Positions 37,033 through 46,345 of a DNA stretch of 64,000 nt are shown here, piece after piece. The DNA is from Candidatus Micrarchaeota archaeon (lineage in GTDB: Archaea; Micrarchaeota; Micrarchaeia; Micrarchaeales; CABMGC01): positions 2,806 through 66,805 of the forward strand of contig JAKASU010000003.1 of NCBI GenBank assembly GCA_021818925.1, in the 5' to 3' direction. The position numbers were made by a program, and so were the translations under genes. The notes beneath the pieces were generated by a model that was given only the letters and a program-made list of their open reading frames with translations, was not told the DNA's origin and did no database searches. How positions within the stretch are numbered: the stretch's first letter is position 1; each line of letters starts with the position of its first letter.

Positions 37033-38558
37033 GCGTACCCCGACAGCTTGTCAAGCACCTCCTTCGGACCCTTGCTGCTTTCAAAAACCACCTTTAGGAA
37101 TTCCACCCTCTTCTCAAACTCCTTTATCGCCGAATTCTTCCGAAGATTCATCTTCCTCGCAAAGGCATCTGCAACCTTGGACGAAGCGAACGACCCTGCA
37201 TCAAACTTTCCTTCGGACACGACGCGTCTCAGGTCAACGGAGTCGGCCTCCTCTATCACCGTGCCAAGCGTCCCCGTTTCGGCCCTGCTGAGCCAGCGGT
37301 ATTCGTAGATGTCGTTCAGGGTCCTCCTCGACAGCCCCAGGTGCTTCATGTACACTGCTATATCCAGGCAGTTCAGCGTGCGGGTGTCCACATTCATTGG
37401 CTCAACCATCAGCCTCTTCACTATCTCCATGCCTCCTTCGTTGCTGTGCATTGTGGTCATGAACGGTACTCCCAGGTTGCCTCCCGAAAAGAGTTCGCGA
37501 GTCTCGCTTCCCCTAACCTCTCCCACCACCAACCTGTCCGGCCTCAGCCTCAGAGCATTTATCACCTGCTCCCTCGTGTTTGCCTTGCCTCCGTGCCCGG
37601 AGCCGTAGAGCGCGACGCTGTTGTTTATGTCGACCTTTATCTTCAGCTCGTTCACCTCCTCCTCTATGGTGAGAACCTTCTCCGCGATTGGCACGAACCC
37701 GAAGAGCGCGCTCAGGAGAGTCGTCTTGCCGCTCGCCGGCGGCCCCGCTATGATTATGTTCATGCCGAGATCCATCGCCATCCATAGATATGCCAGCGCC
37801 TCAAATCCTGCCGTGCCCTTTCTTACCAGATAGTCGAATCCCACTATCCTGTTGTCCGTGAGTCTTATCGATGCCACGGCTCCGCTCTGCGCATAAGGCT
37901 TGATTTGCGCGTGTATCCTGGCGTCGCCAACCTGCGCGTCAATTATGGGCGTGGACTCCCCCAGCTCCTTATCGGCCTCGTACACGAGCCTGTTCAGGCT
38001 GTGCCTGAAGGCCTTCTCTCCGGTGAACATGAGGTTAGTTGTGCACCTGCCGTAGTCCGAATGGAATATGTTTATCGGAGCGTTCGGGGCGTTGATCTCG
38101 ATCTCTTCTATGCGCTTCCTGTCCTCCATAAGCATGCTTATCGGTCCGTAGCCCACGGTATCGTGCGCCACCAGGTAGGAGACAAAATCCGCCCTGCCCC
38201 TGTCCATGTGCGCCGACAGATGCCCGGCCGCTGCCTGCCTTGCAGCGTCAAACATACCCATACCTATCTCCTCATTCGACCTCGACAGTTCCTCTACAAC
38301 AGCGTTTTTTGCCCTCTCTGCGCAGGCGTTCTCGAAGCCGCTCAGCCGCTGGAGGCCTCCGCCAACCACATAGTGGTATCCCGATCCGCGCCTCCCGATT
38401 ATTTTTGGCACAAGCCCTCCAACATTTTCGACAATCTCGCATTCCACAGCAGGGTCTATGGAGAAGCATAGCGGCAGTCCGCGCTCTGGAGCGGAACGCG
38501 TGTGCGGAGGATGCATTTTATTTACTAAAATATCTAATCTTTTACTTAAATAAAACAT
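37023..38558 (-). CDS. type II/IV secretion ATPase (FlaI/TadA/VirB11 family)
   Basis: Walker A GPPASGKTT, RPDRLVVGEVRGSE and TTMHSN motifs. Confidence 0.9.
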   Translation of the reverse strand: MFYLSKRLDILVNKMHPPHTRSAPERGLPLCFSIDPAVECEIVENVGGLVPKIIGRRGSGYHYVVGGGLQRLSGFENACAERAKNAVVEELSRSNEEIGMGMFDAARQAAAGHLSAHMDRGRADFVSYLVAHDTVGYGPISMLMEDRKRIEEIEINAPNAPINIFHSDYGRCTTNLMFTGEKAFRHSLNRLVYEADKELGESTPIIDAQVGDARIHAQIKPYAQSGAVASIRLTDNRIVGFDYLVRKGTAGFEALAYLWMAMDLGMNIIIAGPPASGKTTLLSALFGFVPIAEKVLTIEEEVNELKIKVDINNSVALYGSGHGGKANTREQVINALRLRPDRLVVGEVRGSETRELFSGGNLGVPFMTTMHSNEGGMEIVKRLMVEPMNVDTRTLNCLDIAVYMKHLGLSRRTLNDIYEYRWLSRAETGTLGTVIEEADSVDLRRVVSEGKFDAGSFASSKVADAFARKMNLRKNSAIKEFEKRVEFLKVVFESSKGPKEVLDKLSGYACV

Positions 38559-38653
38559 ATTGTAGTTTGTGTCTCTTAATATTCTTATACTTTTCCATAG
38601 GGTGGCATTTTACCTTGCTTCAACAGCTTGGCTCGAGGGTAAGACTAATTACA

Positions 38654-38661
38654 TTTATATA
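38654..38661 (+). promoter_or_regulatory. TATA box (TTTATATA) about 27 nt upstream of the 38685 ATG, implying a leaderless or near-leaderless transcript
   Basis: AT-rich divergent intergenic region between the pilus ATPase and the wHTH gene. Confidence 0.45.
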
Positions 38662-38684
38662 ATTAAGTATCGAATTCATCACAT

Positions 38685-39023
38685 ATGGCCAGAAGAGAAA
38701 GGGGCGAAGACAAGATCTGGATGCTCAGGAAGGTGTTGAGCAAGCCAAACTTCGCCGTGCTGAAGCTTCTTATGGAGAAGTCTCCCAGGACTACAAGGGA
38801 GCTGTACCAGCTTCTGGGCAACAAGTTCACAAGGAAGACCCTGATCATAACTCTCCGCAACCTTTCCATGAACCTCAACGTGCTGCAGCCAACGCACATA
38901 CGCACGGAGCGCGGGTACGACCTTGGCTACGGAATCAACCCGAGGCTCAAGGACGTGGTCAAGCTTGTAGAGAAGTGCGAGAACATAGTCGAGAGCGTCT
39001 CATCAAGCCCCAAGAGCAACTAG
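38685..39023 (+). CDS. winged-helix DNA-binding protein, divergent from the pilus operon
   Basis: FAVLKLLMEKSPRTTRELYQLLGNKFTRKTLIITLRNL has an ArsR/PadR-like HTH pattern. Confidence 0.55.
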   Translation: MARRERGEDKIWMLRKVLSKPNFAVLKLLMEKSPRTTRELYQLLGNKFTRKTLIITLRNLSMNLNVLQPTHIRTERGYDLGYGINPRLKDVVKLVEKCENIVESVSSSPKSN

Positions 39024-39034
39024 CCACTGGTTGA

Positions 39035-39223
39035 ATGGGCGTCAAGAAGTACAGGGTAACGATAAATAACGAGAGCTTCAGCTACACGGTTGTCGTTGAG
39101 GCCGACGAGAGCTCCACGATGAAAGATTTCGAGAAGATCGTGGCCAAGAAGGTAAAGGAGCAGTACGGAGCCGATATACCGGACAACGTCGCCGTAGACA
39201 TGGAGTTCGAGATAGTGGGATAG
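39035..39223 (+). CDS. hypothetical 62-aa protein
   Basis: An ORF 11 nt after the wHTH gene. No family recognised. Confidence 0.4.
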   Translation: MGVKKYRVTINNESFSYTVVVEADESSTMKDFEKIVAKKVKEQYGADIPDNVAVDMEFEIVG

Positions 39224-39224
39224 C

Positions 39225-39968
39225 TCAGCCCCACACATCAGCGCTTATCCTGTTTGCCGGAACGTTCAGAGCCGTCAATGCATCCTTGACCGCCTTCACG
39301 AAAGGCAGCGGCCCGCAGACGTATACCATCCTCTCAGGGAAGTCGGGTGCGTACTTCTGTATCATCGTCGAGTCTACATGGCCCGTCTGCCCCGTCCACC
39401 CGTCGCCAGGCGCGGGCCTTGTGACCGTGACCGTGAGCTTCATCCTGAGCATGTTCTGAATGTCCGCCAGCTCCTGCTTCTTTATCACCTCGGTCGGGTA
39501 CTTGACGCTGTAGAGCATCAGCACATCTGTCGTGTCCTTCCTGATGCGCATGTGCCTAAGCATCGACATGAATGGCGCAACCCCAGTTCCTCCGGCTATG
39601 AAGAGCACCTTGCTGTCCTTTGCGGGGTCGAAGCGGAACTGCCCGCTGGGGCCTTTCAGTATGAACGGATCTCCGATCGCTATGTCGTTGAAGTGGGACC
39701 TTCCGATGTGCTCCCCGTGGGTTGGGTTCTTTATTACGAAGAACTCCATATTGATGGCTGATGGGTCGGAGGCTATCGACAGTGCGCGGCCCACGTGCCT
39801 CTCCCCTGTCTGCTTGTCGATTCCGTAGAGCATCATGAACATTCCAGGATCGAAGGCGTTTGGTTTCCCATCGTCGGGCTTCATACCTATGACCAGCACC
39901 TCAGGGGTCTCGTCTACCTTCTCACTAACCTTGTACTTCCGCTCTATCACAGGATACGCTGCCATCAT
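39225..39968 (-). CDS. FNR-family FAD/NAD(P)-binding oxidoreductase
   Basis: RALSIAS (RxYS-type FAD site), GGTGVAPFMSML and YVCGPLPF motifs. Confidence 0.8.
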   Translation of the reverse strand: MMAAYPVIERKYKVSEKVDETPEVLVIGMKPDDGKPNAFDPGMFMMLYGIDKQTGERHVGRALSIASDPSAINMEFFVIKNPTHGEHIGRSHFNDIAIGDPFILKGPSGQFRFDPAKDSKVLFIAGGTGVAPFMSMLRHMRIRKDTTDVLMLYSVKYPTEVIKKQELADIQNMLRMKLTVTVTRPAPGDGWTGQTGHVDSTMIQKYAPDFPERMVYVCGPLPFVKAVKDALTALNVPANRISADVWG

Positions 39969-40049
39969 CAGTCACAGACTGAGTTTGTAGTGTCATGAAT
40001 AAATAGGTTTTCCGGGCAAGCAAGGGCAAGGAGAGGGTAAGGAACTAGC

Positions 40050-40952
40050 TCACATGCTCTTCTCCGAGAGGTAAACGAGTATCGCCTGCTCAAGCAGGAG
40101 CTTGTTCTTTGCCTGCTCCCAAACGATGCTTCTCGATCCCTCCAGCACGTCGGCGGTTATCTCCTGTCCGCGGAACGCGGGGAGGGGATGCATGACCAGC
40201 GCATCCTTGTCAGCGTACTTGAGCGCATTCGCATTGACCTGGTATTTGGAGAACGCCTTCTTCCTCTTCTCAGCCTCGTTCTCGTTTCCCATGCTCACAA
40301 ACGTGTCTGTGTACACTATGTCGGCTCCAGCCAATCCTTCCTCCATGGTATCAAAGATGTCCACAACCCCGTACTCCCTGGATCTTGTGAGGTACTCTGG
40401 GTTCGGGGGGTAGTCCTTTGGTCCCACAAGCGCCATCTCCGCGCCAAGCTTCACGCCCGCAAGCATCAGGGAGTTGCACGTGTTCTGCGCGATGTCGCCG
40501 ACGAAGGCTATGCGGAGCCCGCGTATCCTTCTCTTTGCGTTAGACATGGTGTAAATGTCAGCGAGTGCCTGCGTGGGGTGCTCGAGGTCTGTCAGCGCGT
40601 TTATCACGGGCACGGTGGAGTTGTTGGCGAACTCGACAAGGTCCTCGTGGTGGTACATTCGAGCCGCAACGAAATCAACGTACAGGCTCATCATCCTGGC
40701 CGTGTCTGATATCGGCTCGCCCCTGGACATCTGCGTTGTCTTCGTATCCACGTATATCGACTTGCCACCCAACTTGGCCATAGCAACCTCGAATGAGACA
40801 CGTGTTCGTGTCGACGGCTTCTCGAAGAGGAGTGCTAGAACCGCGTGCTCCCTGAGCGAAGTGGTCGTCTTGCCAAGGCTTGTCTCATCAGCTATGTCGA
40901 AAATCTCGTTCATCTGGTCGCGCGAGATGTCTTTTATGCTAAGGAGGTGCAT
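40050..40952 (-). CDS. argF: ornithine carbamoyltransferase
   Basis: STRTRVSFE, HPTQALAD, TDTFVSMGNENEAEKRKKAFSKYQVN and HPLPAFRGQEIT, with OTC-type SMG and FRGxE blocks. The ORF also opens at a TTG at 40979. Confidence 0.85.
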   Translation of the reverse strand: MHLLSIKDISRDQMNEIFDIADETSLGKTTTSLREHAVLALLFEKPSTRTRVSFEVAMAKLGGKSIYVDTKTTQMSRGEPISDTARMMSLYVDFVAARMYHHEDLVEFANNSTVPVINALTDLEHPTQALADIYTMSNAKRRIRGLRIAFVGDIAQNTCNSLMLAGVKLGAEMALVGPKDYPPNPEYLTRSREYGVVDIFDTMEEGLAGADIVYTDTFVSMGNENEAEKRKKAFSKYQVNANALKYADKDALVMHPLPAFRGQEITADVLEGSRSIVWEQAKNKLLLEQAILVYLSEKSM

Positions 40953-40959
40953 CCTACCA

Positions 40960-41433
40960 CTATCCAAATATGAAACCAAGCCCCTGGTCTGACTTCTGCC
41001 TCTCTTCCTCTATCCTGTCTATTATCTGATTCTCCACCTCCTTCGGGGCGCGTTGCAACGATGTTATGTTCTTCTTCAGCTTCGCTTCGCCAGCGTCCAG
41101 GAAGGCTTCGTCGGCGTTTAGGTACAGGTAGCTCTTCTCCCTGTCGAGCCCCAGGGATATGCCGTCCTTTATCTGGTAGTCCTGCCTGGCGAATATCGTG
41201 TTGAGCTCCTTGTCGTTCTTCAGCCTGCTGAGCGCGTCCTCCGATTCCTTCTTCTTTTTCTCAGCCTCTGCTTTCAGCTCAGGATGCTTTTCCATGTACT
41301 TGGGATCGTCCCACTCCTTCGGCGTTTTAGGTATGAGGTTTGGGTCGAGGTACGGATCGTATTCTAGGATCTTTTTCAGTGCTGCAACGTCAGACGAGTT
41401 GAGTACGTAGACTCTTGCGGGTATCGCATTCAC
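40960..41433 (-). CDS. hypothetical 157-aa protein with ribosomal P-stalk-like C-terminal tail
   Basis: The GTG start overlaps the rps8e stop (GTGA). Lys/Glu-rich middle. The C-terminus is ...EEERQKSDQGLGFIFG. Confidence 0.6.
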   Translation of the reverse strand: MNAIPARVYVLNSSDVAALKKILEYDPYLDPNLIPKTPKEWDDPKYMEKHPELKAEAEKKKKESEDALSRLKNDKELNTIFARQDYQIKDGISLGLDREKSYLYLNADEAFLDAGEAKLKKNITSLQRAPKEVENQIIDRIEEERQKSDQGLGFIFG

Positions 41434-41828
41434 CCTTCAACAAGCATGGCGTTGATGCTGCCCTCCTGCCCGGGCCTGTTGGTGACCCTGGCCCTGCCCA
41501 GCTCCGTGTTTATTATGGCGCCCTTTGTTATTATCCCCAGCCTGGCGAAGTTCCTGTTGTCGCGTGACTCCATAACCCCGGTTATCTTCGTCTTCTTGTA
41601 GCCCTGCTTGGTCAGCACGTTTGCGAACGAGACCTTCTTCATCGCGTCCTTCACGTTGCCCCCCCTGCCGCGCACCTTCTTGACCACGAACTCGCCGCTT
41701 GCCCTTGCCGCTGCGAAGTAGCCTCCAGACTCGCTCCTCCTCTTGTCCCTCAGCTTGCTCTTCGTCTTCCCGCTGCCCGAAGAGGCCCGGTCTGATTTAC
41801 CATGCACTTGTGCACCGAATTGGCTCAT
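41430..41828 (-). CDS. rps8e: 30S ribosomal protein S8e
   Basis: RGRGGNVK, NFARLGIITKGAII and RVTNRPGQEGSINAMLV. The start at MSQFG is preferred over the longer ORF. Confidence 0.9.
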   Translation of the reverse strand: MSQFGAQVHGKSDRASSGSGKTKSKLRDKRRSESGGYFAAARASGEFVVKKVRGRGGNVKDAMKKVSFANVLTKQGYKKTKITGVMESRDNRNFARLGIITKGAIINTELGRARVTNRPGQEGSINAMLVEG

Positions 41829-41889
41829 GTTCTCACAATCAGCAGAATATGTTATATACATTAACAAGGAAAGGGTTTTATTGATTGTC

Positions 41890-42345
41890 ATGTTGGCTCC
41901 CACAGCCGGGATTGTCGAGTTCAAAAGCATGCCTGTGGTCTGCCTCTGCAGCAGCAGGGCTGGCGTGCAAGAGCTTGTTGACGAGTCGAAGAAGCTCTCA
42001 AAAGGGACGGATGTCGTTCTCGTCCTCGGCTATTCGGATCGTGCGGTCTTGCGCATCCTCCCCGCATACGTAAACGCGACGATAAGGACCAGGGAGGGCA
42101 CCGCAAGGTCAAGGAGCATGCAGGTAGAGATGCTCATGCTTGTGTGCGGCACTATGAACATAGGCAAGGCGCTGAAAAACTCAGGCGCAAAGGACGGCAG
42201 GAAGTTTCTCGTGTTCACCTCCAACGCTGCGCTCTTCTCAAGGTTCGCAAAGAGATGCGCAATCTCGAGGATCAGGAGCATACGACCCAGGCTTGTCTCC
42301 AAAGAAGCCGGAGATGTGGCGATAACGGAGCTGCTGAACGACTAG
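41890..42345 (+). CDS. cgi121: KEOPS complex subunit Cgi121
   Basis: ARSRSMQVEMLMLVCGTMNIGKALKNSGAKDGRKFLVF is colinear with M. jannaschii Cgi121 (...ILVRASGQRQIHEAIKIIGAKDG...). Start may be 41929. Confidence 0.7.
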   Translation: MLAPTAGIVEFKSMPVVCLCSSRAGVQELVDESKKLSKGTDVVLVLGYSDRAVLRILPAYVNATIRTREGTARSRSMQVEMLMLVCGTMNIGKALKNSGAKDGRKFLVFTSNAALFSRFAKRCAISRIRSIRPRLVSKEAGDVAITELLND

Positions 42346-42380
42346 CGAACGTTTTTTAACACTCGCTGCCAATTTGAATC

Positions 42381-42719
42381 ATGGCAACCAAGGACAACAT
42401 GAATACCGCAATAACGCTTGCCCACGTGGCAGCGATCTTGCAGATAATCTTCACGATACTGGGATTCATAGCGGTCCTCGGCATCTCCGTGCTTGTCTCC
42501 GGCCCAGCCATAATAGGTAGCGCCATAGGTATAGTGGGCGTTGTCATAGGAGTGGCATGGTCGTGGGCCGATTACGAACTCATCTATGAGCCAATGAAAG
42601 CGGGCCGGTACTCCAAGATGTCCGACAGGATGCTCATAATAGGCCTGATCCAGCTGTTCGTGGGCGGGACAGTGCCAGGAGTGATCATACTTGTCTCATG
42701 GCTTGTCGCAAGGAGCTAA
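42381..42719 (+). CDS. hypothetical small membrane protein (3 TM)
   Basis: Hydrophobic helices only. No family recognised. Confidence 0.45.
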   Translation: MATKDNMNTAITLAHVAAILQIIFTILGFIAVLGISVLVSGPAIIGSAIGIVGVVIGVAWSWADYELIYEPMKAGRYSKMSDRMLIIGLIQLFVGGTVPGVIILVSWLVARS

Positions 42720-43381
42720 TCCTCGCTGAATTCGGCATTCAGTATCTCGTATATCTTCTCAGCCTTCTTCGCGCCTACCTTCTCAACCTCCATCAGTGCG
42801 TCCGGCTCTGCTGACACCACATTCTTTATGGTCCTGAAGTGGCTTATCAGCGCTCTCGCAAGCGCGGGCCCTATTCCAGGAATGGAGCTGAGTATCAGAA
42901 GCTGCCACTGAGCGTTGCTGAACGCACGTTTCGACCCCAGCATGCGCGGCAGCCGTTTCTCGTTCTGCTCCCTTTCGGCGAGTCTGGCAAGCATGCTTAC
43001 TGTCTCCGCTGCGTCCTTCGACCTTATGACCTGCACGTTGTAGTCGCTGTACAGGCTGATTATCGCGCCCAAAACCACGTTCGGGTTCATGGCGAATTCG
43101 GAATCATCGCCCTCCAAGAGAAGTATCGGTTTCCTGTAAGTGCGGTTCAACCTCTCTATCTGGTCGAAGAGCCGCGCGTTTATTATAGAGCTCTCAAAGT
43201 CGTGAACCGTCTTCCGTTCAACACACATCCTGTCCGAGAGAATGTAGTCGCCCACGGGCAGCTGCGCGAAGCTCAGGAGTATTCCGGAGCCAGAAAGCCC
43301 CTCCAGTATGTCGAGGTTCCTCTCCCTCTTGTCAACTATTATCTTCACTTCCCCCATCGAACCAGCGAGAGCGTGCAGCAT
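42716..43381 (-). CDS. ERCC4-type nuclease (short XPF/Hef nuclease + HhH2)
   Basis: VGDYIL...VERKTVHDFESS (GDxnERKx3D) and a tandem helix-hairpin-helix IPGIGPALARAL ... VGAKKAEKI. Confidence 0.85.
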   Translation of the reverse strand: MLHALAGSMGEVKIIVDKRERNLDILEGLSGSGILLSFAQLPVGDYILSDRMCVERKTVHDFESSIINARLFDQIERLNRTYRKPILLLEGDDSEFAMNPNVVLGAIISLYSDYNVQVIRSKDAAETVSMLARLAEREQNEKRLPRMLGSKRAFSNAQWQLLILSSIPGIGPALARALISHFRTIKNVVSAEPDALMEVEKVGAKKAEKIYEILNAEFSED

Positions 43382-43413
43382 ATTGATATAGTTTGATTAG
43401 GAATAAATAGCAT

Positions 43414-44172
43414 ATGGCACGACGCAGGAGCAAGGAGAAGCAGCCAAGCAAGGAAGATTACCAGCTCAAGGAGAAGCTGAAGATAGAGGAGGGGGTCTTC
43501 GACACCAGGACCATGCTCAGGATAGGCAAGCTGTTCAGCAAGGGCGTGGTCGCGAGCATGGAGTTCATAATCGCACGAGGCAAGGAAGCAGACGTCTATC
43601 TGGCGGATGCCGGCGAGAAGCTCGATACTGATTTCCTGGCCCTCAAGATCTTCAGGCTGGAGAACGCGAGGTTCCAGAAAAGGATCAAGTACATTGAAGG
43701 AGATCCGCGCTTCGGGAAGGTGAAGAACACGGTCAGCGAGATAGTCGGGGCTTGGTGCAAGAAGGAGTACGGCAACCTGCTCGTCGCGGAGGCCGTCGGG
43801 GTGCATGCGCCAAGGCCTTATGCGTTCAACGGCAACGTGCTCGCGATGGAGTTCATAGGCAGGGAAGGCAAACCGTCCAGAACAATGCGCGAGGAGAAGC
43901 TGGCCAATCCTGAGAAGACGCTCAACGCGATACTGGAAGACGCGCGCAGGCTCTACTCGGGCGAGCTGGTGCACGCAGATCTGAGCGAATACAACGTTCT
44001 GATGAAAGAAGGCGTACCTTATTTGATAGACTTCGGGCAGGCTGTGCATATAAAGCATCCTGATGCGCAGGCGTACCTGGAGCGTGACGTTTTCAACATA
44101 CTGCACTATTTCAGCAAGAGATACGGGATAGAAAGAGACGCAGCGGAGGCGCTCAGGAGCATAACTAAATAG
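43414..44172 (+). CDS. rio1: RIO-type serine/threonine protein kinase
   Basis: GKEADVY, HADLSEYNVL and IDFGQAV motifs. Confidence 0.9.
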   Translation: MARRRSKEKQPSKEDYQLKEKLKIEEGVFDTRTMLRIGKLFSKGVVASMEFIIARGKEADVYLADAGEKLDTDFLALKIFRLENARFQKRIKYIEGDPRFGKVKNTVSEIVGAWCKKEYGNLLVAEAVGVHAPRPYAFNGNVLAMEFIGREGKPSRTMREEKLANPEKTLNAILEDARRLYSGELVHADLSEYNVLMKEGVPYLIDFGQAVHIKHPDAQAYLERDVFNILHYFSKRYGIERDAAEALRSITK

Positions 44173-44503
44173 GCACAGGTATGTTCCTCTCCTTCAACCT
44201 GTCTCTGTCTCCTATGCTGTAGCGCCAAACTATGTCACCGCGCTCGTTGCTCTGCACGACCCAGGGCTTTACCACAACAAGGTCATTCTCCTTTATCCAG
44301 AACCTGCGCCTGAGCCTGCCTGGTATGCTGCATATGCGCTCAAAATTGTCTGAGCATCGTATCCTGAACTTCGACGCGCCGAGCACCTGCGCAACCACTC
44401 CCACGACCTCGCCCTGCTGCGGTATCTTCAGCTCGTAGACCGGGGCCGGCCTTCCGCCCCTTCCCCTGCCTCTTCCACCGTTTCCTCTCCTATGAAACGC
44501 CAA
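44165..44503 (-). CDS. eif1a: translation initiation factor aIF-1A
   Basis: S1-like OB fold: GVVAQVLGASKFRIRCSDNFERICSIPGRLRRRFWIKENDLVVV. The N-terminal tail is RG-rich. Confidence 0.92.
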   Translation of the reverse strand: MAFHRRGNGGRGRGRGGRPAPVYELKIPQQGEVVGVVAQVLGASKFRIRCSDNFERICSIPGRLRRRFWIKENDLVVVKPWVVQSNERGDIVWRYSIGDRDRLKERNIPVPI

Positions 44504-44504
44504 A

Positions 44505-44927
44505 TCAAGACCTCTTTACAGTGTACCTGGCGCCGCACGCCTCGCACACGAGAGTCTCGTATCCCCGCTCCGTCCCCTCTATATGCGTGTCCGGCTTGTG
44601 GCACTCCTTGCATATCACATATGTCTCAAAATACTTCTTCACCTTGTCATTGAGCACCATAGCCTGGACCTTGGTGCTTATCGTGAGCTTATGGTCGCCC
44701 ACGCTCACCGGCGCCGCGAGCTCCTTGCTCAGGTACTTGGCGATGTCGCCCTCGTCCCTTCGCGCGGTGTCCGCAATCTGTGAGAAGTTCCTTATAATCG
44801 TCTTGCTGCCCTGGATTATCGAATCGACATCGGGCACCTTAAAGTCTGATTTCTCTGTGGCAAGGCTGGGGAGCTGGGCGAACGCCCGGTCCAGCAGTTG
44901 CTCATAGCTAGAATCCAAAAGGATCAC
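44505..44927 (-). CDS. eif2b: translation initiation factor aIF-2 subunit beta
   Basis: YEQLLDRAF N-terminus and the CKECHKPDT...CEACGA zinc ribbon. GTG start. Confidence 0.92.
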   Translation of the reverse strand: MILLDSSYEQLLDRAFAQLPSLATEKSDFKVPDVDSIIQGSKTIIRNFSQIADTARRDEGDIAKYLSKELAAPVSVGDHKLTISTKVQAMVLNDKVKKYFETYVICKECHKPDTHIEGTERGYETLVCEACGARYTVKRS

Positions 44928-44947
44928 GTATAGTATTGGTTTTATCG

Positions 44948-44955
44948 TTTATTAA
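44948..44955 (+). promoter_or_regulatory. TATA box (TTTATTAA) about 26 nt upstream of the predicted SRP RNA 5' end
   Basis: The spacing fits archaeal promoter geometry. Confidence 0.45.
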
Positions 44956-44977
44956 GCTATTCGCCCAATACGTATTC

Positions 44978-45245
44978 GCAGTAGGGAGGCGGGAAGCTAG
45001 GGGTTTCCCACACCGCAAATCCCCTTCGGCGGGCCGCATGCCAGTTGCGTCGCATTTGCGCATGCAGGGCCTACGCCAAAGCGTCGAGGTCTTGCCTCCA
45101 GTGGCGGTCTCACGTATGAACCGGGCCAGGCCGGAAGGAGCAACCCTAAGTATGCGCGGCTGTGCTCTGGAGATACAGGGCTGAGCAGAGGCGCAGACAA
45201 CCCTTCATGCGTGCTTGCGGCAAGATTGGCTCCTGCTGCACTGCT
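44978..45245 (+). ncRNA. signal recognition particle RNA (7S RNA)
   Basis: Helix-8 core GAACCGGGCCAGGCCGGAAGGAGCAACCCTAAG matches the universal SRP motif (CAGGNCCGGAAGGNAGCA). 5' GCAGUAGGG pairs with 3' CUCCUGCUGC (45230-45239). Ends are approximate. Confidence 0.85.
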
Positions 45246-45268
45246 TGCATGCCGAAAGCCGTGATAGA

Positions 45269-46300
45269 ATGACAAAAGTGCTGAAGGTGGACGCAGTGGA
45301 GCCAGACACGGGCAAGATCGCCATCGCAGCAAAGGCGATAACCGAAGGCGGCCTGGTGGCATTTCCTACCGAGACCGTCTACGGCCTAGGCGCTAACGCC
45401 CTCGATCCAGAAGCAGTCGCTATGATATTCAAGGCGAAGAACAGGCCAGCAGACAATCCGTTGATAGTACACATTAGCAAGATGACCCAACTCAGGGAGG
45501 TTGCGGAGGGCGTGTCACCGCGCATGCTGAATATAGCAGAGAAGGTCTGGCCTGGTCCGCTCACTTTCCTGTTCAGGAAATCTGACAGGCTGCCGCAGGC
45601 TGTTTGCGGGCTCACCGACAAGGTAGCCGTGCGCATGCCCTCCCACCCTGTTGCCCTCGCCCTCATCTCCGCAGCCTGCGTCCCTATAGCCGCGCCCAGT
45701 GCAAATCTCTCGACAAGGCCTAGCCCTACCAGCGCAGCCCACGTGCTCGCAGACCTTGACGGTAAGGTGGACATAGTCCTCGATGCAGGGGATACGTTTT
45801 TCGGTGTCGAATCCACGATAATTGACGCCACGTGCAGGCCCTTCAGGCTTCTGAGGCCGGGAGCATGTACGCTGGAAGAGCTTCAACGCCTGCTCGGGCG
45901 CGTTAGCGTGCCGATGTCTGTAAAGAAGGCAGAGTCGTCTGCGCACGCCATAGCTCCCGGCATGAAGTACAGGCACTACGCCCCATCAAAGCCCTTGTAC
46001 ATGCTGGGAAACAAAGGCTTCAGCCACAAGCTGTTCGCGATGAAAAACGTCGGTATAATCTGCAGCAGAGAGCTGTGCCGAAGCTATAGGGGAGCAGGGA
46101 AAAACGTGATAATCCTCGGCAGCGAGAAGAACCTGTATGAGATTGCCAGGAACCTCTTCAAGTCGCTGAGGGCCCTGGACGAGCTTGATGTAGAGTTCGG
46201 GATAATAGAAACCTTCAAGGAGGAAGGGATAGGGCTTGCAATAATGAACCGCATAAAGAAGGCGTCAGCTGACATGGAGCTGCCTTCAACAGTTAGATAG
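45269..46300 (+). CDS. sua5: L-threonylcarbamoyladenylate synthase Sua5/TsaC (YrdC + Sua5 domains)
   Basis: GGLVAFPTETVYGLGANA, KNRPADNPLIVH and SANLSTRPSPT. The ATG at 45269 avoids overlapping the SRP RNA. Confidence 0.92.
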   Translation: MTKVLKVDAVEPDTGKIAIAAKAITEGGLVAFPTETVYGLGANALDPEAVAMIFKAKNRPADNPLIVHISKMTQLREVAEGVSPRMLNIAEKVWPGPLTFLFRKSDRLPQAVCGLTDKVAVRMPSHPVALALISAACVPIAAPSANLSTRPSPTSAAHVLADLDGKVDIVLDAGDTFFGVESTIIDATCRPFRLLRPGACTLEELQRLLGRVSVPMSVKKAESSAHAIAPGMKYRHYAPSKPLYMLGNKGFSHKLFAMKNVGIICSRELCRSYRGAGKNVIILGSEKNLYEIARNLFKSLRALDELDVEFGIIETFKEEGIGLAIMNRIKKASADMELPSTVR

Positions 46301-46345
46301 CCTGAAAGGATACCTTTTAATTCTGAATTTCCAATTCTGCAGCGT

